From positions 86,118,001 through 86,182,000 of the forward strand of contig NW_027266264.1 of the NCBI RefSeq assembly GCF_022045235.1: 64,000 nucleotides of DNA. Direction: 5' to 3'. The position numbers and the translations under genes are program-made. Below the pieces are notes generated by a model. The model worked only from the letters and a program-made list of their open reading frames with translations. It was not told where the DNA came from and searched no databases. This document shows, piece by piece, positions 35,098-43,200 of the stretch (position 1 is its first letter; every line of letters begins with the position of its first letter). Source of the stretch: Haliotis cracherodii (Eukaryota).

Positions 35098-36464
35098 AAA
35101 ACTGCGTCAACTCGTACAAGTCAAATGGTGTGTATTGAACCTAACGTTAGGAAAATGTAACCACTTAGTTTGAACGCAAATACGCGCCTGCCTTCCTGGT
35201 GAATTATGTCAACGTGTACGATTTCATTGGATGACGTTGTATCTATGCACACAAATATAGGTCGAAAATGTACAATGTTCTGTTTTCAGATCATACACAT
35301 ATTATGTAAAAACCTAAGCCATTATCAATATGAGTTTTAGCCCAATATCGTATTATTTGCTTAGAGGAATGGAAAATAGTTTTAAAGAAGATACTATGTT
35401 TTGAATGCGGGATCGACTTGAATGTAAAGACGAAGAACGTAATCATCATTGAACTAAATGTCCGAATTGATGTCCTTGCAATCTTAACATTATGTTGAAA
35501 AGCCTGTGCTTAAGATCAGGTAAAATAGTGAAACAAGCCTGATGACATTTACTGGCTTAGATCAAGAACTCAAACGTTCAAGCCAAACAACAAAAATTGT
35601 GATTGTATTTTCTTGACGACTATCCGCGGGAATAGTTGTTACAGTGAGCATGAAATGTTGCGAAAGACATTTTTATTATTGTGATATATTTTGTACACAA
35701 AGTATTTTATTATCAAAACGTTGATAATTTATTGGATTGTTGAAATTGAGTTGAGTCAGTAATGTAAATAACCTTTATAAAAAAAATGTTCATCTGCAGC
35801 AGAGACCAAATAAATTAGGATAGATTTTGACTGTTATTTACAATTACAAAATGAAAAATTGGCACCAGGCTATTTTAATTTCACCTTTGTGGTCCCTGAA
35901 GTCCCTTTCTTAAATAAATCATGACATAGCAGTAACAGAAAATTTATAAAGTGAAACTCGAGTCAATCAATGAAAGTCTATACCTGTATTATTTTATCTT
36001 TGTGTTTTAATTATTATAAGGATGTAGTACATTGGTTGAAGGGCCAGTTACCAACGGTTCAGAGTGTTTTGAAATCATGCATGAAATCATTTTCAAGTGT
36101 GACATCACACCTTTTAATTCATGAACGATTTGATTCTCAAATAATAGAAATAATAGAGCTCCGCACAGGGAAGCCAACACCCTAAGAGCTGCTCAGAATA
36201 ATTGGCTTGGGTCATGTTTTTGTTGTAGGCAAATTAATGAGAAAGCTTGTGTGGTATTTGTATGGATGAGTTGCGCGATACTAATTGCCAGCTGGATTGG
36301 ATGAGAAGCCAGTGTTTATCAAAGCCTAAATTACATTATAAATGCCATGGTCATATGAAGCCAATCACGTTGCAGAACACTCTTTTACTCAGAGGTCCTA
36401 GCAGCCAGCTTAGTACCTCCGCCACATCATTACATCTTACACAGTCCATTCAAGATATTACATG

Positions 36465-36651
36465 GCAGACACAATTTTATGGATAACAACTTCTTTAATA
36501 CCGACATTTCGGTATAGATCCTTATACCGTTGTCAAGCCAGGTATAAGTATCTATACCAAAACATGGGCATTACAGTATTAAAGAAGTTGTTATCCATAA
36601 AATTGTGTCTACCTTGTCATCCGTCAACTTCTAAGTAATGCCTATCAAACA
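36465..36651. mobile_element. Inverted-repeat Penelope-like-end element with hammerhead-like core (U3-A8 variant); flanked by 17-bp direct repeat ATTCAAGATATTACATG
   Basis: Direct repeats at 36448-36464 and 36652-36668; inverted arms ACAATTTTATGGATAACAACTTCTTTAATAC / GTATTAAAGAAGTTGTTATCCATAAAATTGT. Related copy at ~17620-17760. Confidence 0.62.
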
Positions 36652-36706
36652 ATTCAAGATATTACATGTTTTATATTTGTATTTGACAAGTCTTCACATT
36701 TAAATA

Positions 36707-36876
36707 GGGGCGGTCGGGTAGCCTAGTGGTTAAAGCGTTAGCTCGTCAAGCCGAAGACCCGGGTTCGATTCCCGACATGGTTACAATGTGTGAAGCCCAT
36801 TTCTGGTGTCCCCCGCCGTGATATTGCTGGAATATTGCTAAAAGCGGCATAAAACCATACTCATTCATTCATTCAC
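36707..36876 (+). mobile_element. Full-length tRNA-derived SINE with target-site duplication
   Basis: A-box TAGCCTAGTGG, B-box GGTTCGATTCC, tail GATATTGCTGGAATATTGCTAAAAGCGGCATAAAACC and (CATT)n; flanking TTCACATTTA(A/G)ATA on both sides. Confidence 0.92.
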
Positions 36877-37256
36877 ATTTAGATAAATATGAACATGTCA
36901 TGAATGTTTTACTTTCAGTGAGAAAGTATCCTCAAATGTAAAAAACTATTTCCATTTGCGTTGTTATCCTTTGTTTACATTGGTTGTATGTCGTAAAAGC
37001 CCTACACGAAGGTGGCGATATGGTCACTGTGATTTGTTTGTAAAAAAGACCAAAATCTATTCATATTAGGCAAGCAGAGCAGAGTAGGCAAGGTTATCAC
37101 GTATTGTTAGCAAACAATGTTTTAAAAGTTGAGAAATTAATTTTTTGTAATGGCTTTGATTTTAATGTTTCTTCTGAAGCATGAGATTTCGGCATGACCA
37201 TGTTTATTTAACGTGTGACTGATTGGCAGTTGGCAGGAATGTTTTTTCTTTGAAAT

Positions 37257-37560
37257 TGAGGGGAGGTGAAATGGGGTTTATCGTCGCGTCCAATATTATT
37301 GCTCTTATATAGCGACATGCATGCACATGTTCTAGTCCGGACTAATGCTGATTTATAGTGATAGCACACTGAGATACCATGCTGCAGTTAAACATGAATA
37401 CCTGACTCAGACACAGTATACTGACTCCGAGCTGACTCGCCCCTTGATGCCAAGCGCCAGACAGGGTAACAACAAGTACCATCTTTTAACGTCTTTTGGT
37501 AGGACGATCGAACCCGGAACTTTCCGCGGATGCTCTACCACTAGACCACAGAGGCGGTCT
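37257..37560 (-). mobile_element. tRNA-derived SINE with Meta-domain-like body (same family as 48657-48980)
   Basis: Reverse complement has TGGTCTAGTGGTAGAGC (A-box), GGTTCGATCG (B-box-like) and CCAAAAGACGTTAAAAGATGGTACTTG; aligns by eye to 48657-48980. Confidence 0.78.
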
Positions 37561-38149
37561 CTCTTTAACAGAACTGCATGTTCAAGTTAAAAAGGGGACA
37601 CACATTCCTTGGCAATAGCGTCTTCATCTGACCCCCAAGATGTTCCTTGACTTTGTTGATACATGTCATCATATCCCAATTGCATAGATCAGTGCTCATG
37701 ATATCAATCACCGGATTGTCTGGTCCAGTCCCGATTATTTACAGACTGTTGTCATGTAGCTGGAAAACTGATGAGTGTGGCGTTCAACAGCAAACTAACA
37801 AAACAAAAATATTCTGTTTTCAGCAAAACTTGTGTTCTGGCAACGACCCTCTACCATCCATCCCATGTCCATCAGAAACAAACATTCCATTTTTTCCACA
37901 GCAAGAAAGTGAATCTGCAATGCTTTTTTTGGTTGTTGCTTACAAAATAGCTGTATTAAAAATATTTCGAAGGCCCCTCTTTTCCAAGTGATTCATGAAC
38001 CAAAGTATACAGATAACTATTCATTTTGCAGGAATATACATTCTTTGACTTTTGTGACTATGGAATCTCATTGAAAATCATTCAAAATTTACCCATATAT
38101 GAAGGAAAATGTTTTGTAATGATGTGTTGAATAGTATGCAATAACATTA

Positions 38150-39955
38150 CAAGGGGTGTCGGGAAGGTTTTGAGCCTAACTATGAAGGATGTATTGTACA
38201 CCCCAATAACAGTTTCCATTTATCATGTACAATACACCTTACTTCAGGCTGTATGGGAACTGAATACACAACCAGGCAGCATCTTTCTGCCGACATCAAA
38301 GTGACTAGATATTGTTTGTTGATGAAAATGGACAAAATTGTCATCAAGTATCTCCGACTGAAAGGGTTAACATGCATGCAGACATGGTTTCAACTTTAGG
38401 GATGGTGCTCCTTCCTTCCAGAGTCCAAGAAGGGAACAAGAAAGCCTCGAAGATGACCACGATCAGGAAGACCTTCAGTTGCCGCCATTACGGAAAATGT
38501 TGATAAAACACATGATATGATTATGTATGATCAACGACCTGTCCCACGTCAAGTGTCCAATTCAGTAGGCATCTCTCGTGAGAGAGTTGAGAACATTGAG
38601 GAAGGAACTGGGCATGACAAGGGTTTCAGCACACTGGGTTCCAAGGCTTCCGACCCCAGATCAGAACTACTCCAGGGTCATCATATCTTGTGAGAAATTG
38701 CGTTATTTTGAAGCAGACCCAGCTGAATGTTTTGCAATTTCTAACCACAAATGAGTCATGTGTGTCTGCCACTATCAAACGGAGACTGTCAGGTGATATA
38801 TTGTTTAATGGCACAAATTATCTGGAACTCTATGGTTATACTATAAGTTACTAATGTTCGTATTTCTTTCTGACTATGCGCCCATTCCTTCCGACTTTAT
38901 ATGTTTGAATAAAGATAAAACCTCTGTCAACTTCAGTGTATGCATGACCAGATGGTTTTATACAAGTATTTTGCCAGCGCAACGGTCAAACTATTCCCAA
39001 TCGGACATTTTGACCTATCTCTTGGGATCTACAGTTTGTACTCTAGTAGGGTCGGGTAACGGGGGTGGGTATCGGGTAGTACTTTTGGACTCTGTAGCAT
39101 CTCTTCTTCCGAAGAAGACAAAGTCTGTTCCATTAGCTGGCAAGGTGATGGCTTTGGTATTCTGGAATTCAAGAGGAATCCTACTGGTGGACTACTAGGG
39201 GTGAAACAATACATCGGTGCATCGTGAGTTTAATGTGATGATACAATACACGATACATTATTTTCTGTATCGATACTAGACGATGCACTTGCTGAAATAC
39301 ATTACTAACTTCCTGTTTAATGACCTCAGTGTTTTCATTAGTCAGATGTAGCAGATGTCAGATCTGTGTTGTAATTAGCGTTTCAAGAAAATTCCATGTG
39401 ATTTGAAGTAAATATGCGTATAGCGATACGAATCGTGACCTAAGTATCGTGATACGTATCGTATCATGGCGGTATCGTTTCACCCCTATGGACTACTTCC
39501 CAAATGGTCAGACCATTAAAGGCCAATATTATGCTGATCTGTTAAACCATCTGCAGGAGAATACCAAAGCAATTCTACATGGAAAAGTCAGAAAAGGTGT
39601 GTTGTCCGACCATTAGCACAAATTTCCAGTCGCATAGTTGCAATGCATGACTATGGCTTTGAACTCATTAGAACATCCTTCGTATTTACCAGATTTGGTC
39701 AGATTTCCACCTCTTCCCAAACACGAAGAAAGAATTGTCTGGCAAGCATTATGCAAATGATGATGTTATTTCTGCCATGAAAGACTTTTTACACCACCAG
39801 GAGGAAGCCTTCTATACCAATTGGATCCAGGCACTCCATCATCGTTGGCAGAAGTTTGTGGGCCTCAGAGGGGATTATGATGAAAAGTAATTGGTAACCA
39901 ACACCATCAATGTAGCCCATCATGGTTCGGCTCAGAACTTTTCAGCCACCCGTCA
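38150..39955 (+). mobile_element. Decayed mariner (Tc1/mariner) transposon, TA-flanked, transposase pseudogene interrupted by two insertions
   Basis: TIRs TACAAGGGGTGTCGGGAAGGTTTTGAGCC and GGCTCAGAACTTTTCAGCCACCCGTCATA. Fragmentary frames: IKYLRLKG, ELGMTRVSAHWVPRL (WVPxxL), AGKVMALVFWNSRGILLVDY, GQTIKGQYYADLL, HPSYLPDL (YSPDL), RWQKFVGLRGDYDEK*. Confidence 0.9.
39196..39488. mobile_element. hAT-type MITE with 8-bp TSD TGGACTAC nested in the mariner transposase
   Basis: TIRs TAGGGGTGAAACAATAC / GTATCGTTTCACCCCTA; TGGACTAC at 39188-39195 and 39489-39496. The transposase resumes at VDY. Confidence 0.92.
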
Positions 39956-40228
39956 TATTTTAGACAGATGAAAAACACTTATGTCTCCTGTACACCAGGA
40001 GACACGATTTGAGTCATCTTTATAACACCTGTTTAGTTTTATTAAGACAACTTATATGTCCATAAGAGCCTTTATCTGAAGCCCAGTGTTTTTTTGCCTG
40101 ATATATAGACCATGTAGATTAGTTCTAGGAAGATCAGAGCTGTGATGGTAAATGTTTATTTTCATTTTACAGATGACTGTGGTGCCAAGGTAACCTGACC
40201 AGGACATATCCAGAGTCTGGTGTTTGTC

Positions 40229-43200
40229 ATGATGTGTGAAGTACGGACATCTATGGAAGTTGATGAGACAGCTGTGTCCAAGACATGCAATATGGTCATC
40301 AAGACGGAACAGATCGCTCCTGATGAGGCCAGGGGATCACGTACACATCGTAGTAATGAGATGGATACTGAAGATGATGTCACAGGGCCATATACTGATC
40401 GAACTGATCATGAAGTCGCGGCAGAGTCACATTGTAGTGATTACAGAGAAAGTGCACACCCTTCAGAAACACATGATAAACATATCGTGGAAGTCCTTCC
40501 AGTTGAACAGTCGAGAAGAAAACAATCAATCAGAAAGTCTTCAGTGTGTATGTATACAAATCAATTAGACAAAAGAGCCAAGGAGCCAATGAGGGAACGA
40601 GACAGTGAGCCTGGGTGTTGGAGGAAGATGAGCACTGGTATGCCTGTGATCAAGGAGGAAGAATGTGATCCAGTTGATGCCAACAAACTTGTATATGAGG
40701 AGCATTGGGGGACAGAGTGTGAAGATCAGTTTGCTGTCTACTTGAATGATAACGCAGACATGAAGTTTGACAACAAGACGGATTCACCTGTGTCTTGGAA
40801 TACTGGAGAATACCAGGTTGATTCACCAATGGTGTATGTTCCTTACCAGTGTGAAGAGGACCAGATGGAGGGTGTCACTGAGCAGGTGAAGGTGGAACCA
40901 GTGGATGTACTGTCAGAAGCAGCAGCAGCAGCAGCAGCAGGTGGAGGACACAGGACCCTGACAACACCACCGCTACGTTCTATGTCCAATCCTACACCTG
41001 TATTTCATGTCAATAGCTCCAGAAATGATCAATTGAAACCAGGGGTCATCTTTCAAAATGTCTCGGATCAAGTTAAAAGTGGAGAATTTGATGTGTCAGG
41101 TGATTCTGAATCAAATGTTGAGGATGAGTCTCCGTGCGGGACAAGGGAGAGCCCTGTTGACCAAGAAATCCAACTTAACCAAGCAAGTGATTCTGATTCA
41201 GCTGACATGGCAATTCCATGTAAAGAATGTGAGATGGAGTACTCCTCTCGTGCTGAGTTTGAGAAGCATCAGGAATTGTACAGTGGGGCCAGTGTCAAGT
41301 ACTATTGTCCAACCTGTAAGCAGCAGTTGATGTCCAAGTGCCAGTTACTTCAGCATTCACACAGACATGGAGGCATCAGCGGGAAGTTATGTCGTGACAG
41401 CCACTTCTCATCATCCAAACCAGCATATGGGGGAAAGCGTAATGTAAGAACATGCCGCTACCTTGAAAAACTGAAAACACAATTGCACTTGAGACATGGT
41501 GAGATTCTTGTGTGTTTGGTGTGCAAGAAAAGGTTTGAAGGAAAAGCCATGTTGGTGAAACACTTGGGTGAAGATGTGGACTGCAATCCAGACTTTAGTT
41601 GCCTGGAGTGCCACGCAGTATTAGCTTCCGAGTGTGCGCTTGTCACCCATCTTACGCTCCACAAGCAGCCTGAACAAGGTGATGAGTATTTCATGTGCCC
41701 AGAGTGTGGCAAGTTCTTCTTCACATCTTGGGATGCGTATCTTAGACATGTGAGAAACGAGTGTCTTCACTTCTGCCGAGTCAGTGTCTTCACGTGTAGG
41801 GTGTGTGGAAATAAGCTGAAGAGCTTTACTCAATTCTTAGCCCATTTTGAATCCCACTTTGTCAACTTTCCATACTGTAAAGAGTGTTGCTTCAGAAGCA
41901 ACTACAAAGGCAAGCATTACCCTGTGTCAAAACATTCCACTGTGACAAATTGTGTTGTCTGTAATGAAAGACTTGAGACGGATTGTCAAAGAGGAAAACA
42001 TGTGAAGAAGCATGGGAATGAAGTGAAGGACTCTGCTGTCTCTGAATACAAATGTCCTGACTGTGCAGAGGAGACACTGTTTGAAACCAAGAACATCTTG
42101 TGGTATCACAGAGTGGTCAGTCACAAGGTAGTGGAACAGTTCTCTTGTAATCACTGTGACTGTGTTCTGTCCTCCCGACACATGCTACAAGCACATATCA
42201 GGGCAGTGCACGTCAAACAGGTGTGGCTTGCTGGAGATAGACCAAAAACGTGCAAGGGAAAAACCTTAAAGGCTATCACTTCAACTATTGGGAAACACGC
42301 TGCTGAATCTGATGCAAAAGACGTCAATCCTGAAAGAGATCCCCAAGGTCACCTTGAACTTGAAGGGCAAGAAAATGTAAAACTTTGGAATGAAACAAAC
42401 CAGACATCAAAAATGAAAACAAATACTGTGAATTCTTCCGCTCCTTCACCGAAAACTCTTCCAGCTATTTTAGACAGGAAAAGGAAACACAGGCCAACAT
42501 CATTAAGCAGCAAGAACAGGAAAGCAGTCACAACTAAGATCTGGAATACAGTTACAACTAAGATTGGGAATGCAGTCACAACTAAGATCGGGAATGCAAT
42601 CATAACTAAGATCGGGAATGCAGTCACAACTAAGATCGGGAATGCGGTCACAACTAAGAATGGGAATGCGGTCACAACTAAGCCTCCACTGAAGTCATAT
42701 GGGGAGCCGGCTGTTGAAATAGATGTAGCAGATGAAGCACTGGCTCAAGAAGACAATACTTCAGCGGGTTGTACACAAAGTCAACCTCAAGGTCCTCTTG
42801 AAGGAGAACAGAAGCTTCCAGTTAAGAAGAAAAGAAAACCAAGGAAACAGGTAATTAAAATAGCTCCTCTGCTCCCTGAGGTGGAGACAGAAGACCCTCT
42901 GATTTATCCTCAAGGTCACCTTGGAGAAGACCAGAGTGTAACAAGGGAGATAACTGGACCTGTGATTCCAGTCAGCCATGGGATAATCCAAGTGAGACAG
43001 AAGATGGATTTGGTTATGAACACTGATCCATATCAACCTGAGCATAAAAATAGAAGTAAAGCGTTTGTGGAGAAAGACATTGGTGAACCTGCTGCTGAAA
43101 AGAATTTGGCCACCCCTGTGATTGTAAATGAAATCGAGGGAGATGTTCACTTAGGATGTGAATCAGAAGATGTCTCAAAGGCTCCACTCATGATGAAGCA

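Noticed and set aside
36707-36780. tRNA-like sequence
   Set aside because: It continues into a SINE body, tail and TSD, and has multiple diverged copies; it is a SINE head, not a tRNA gene.
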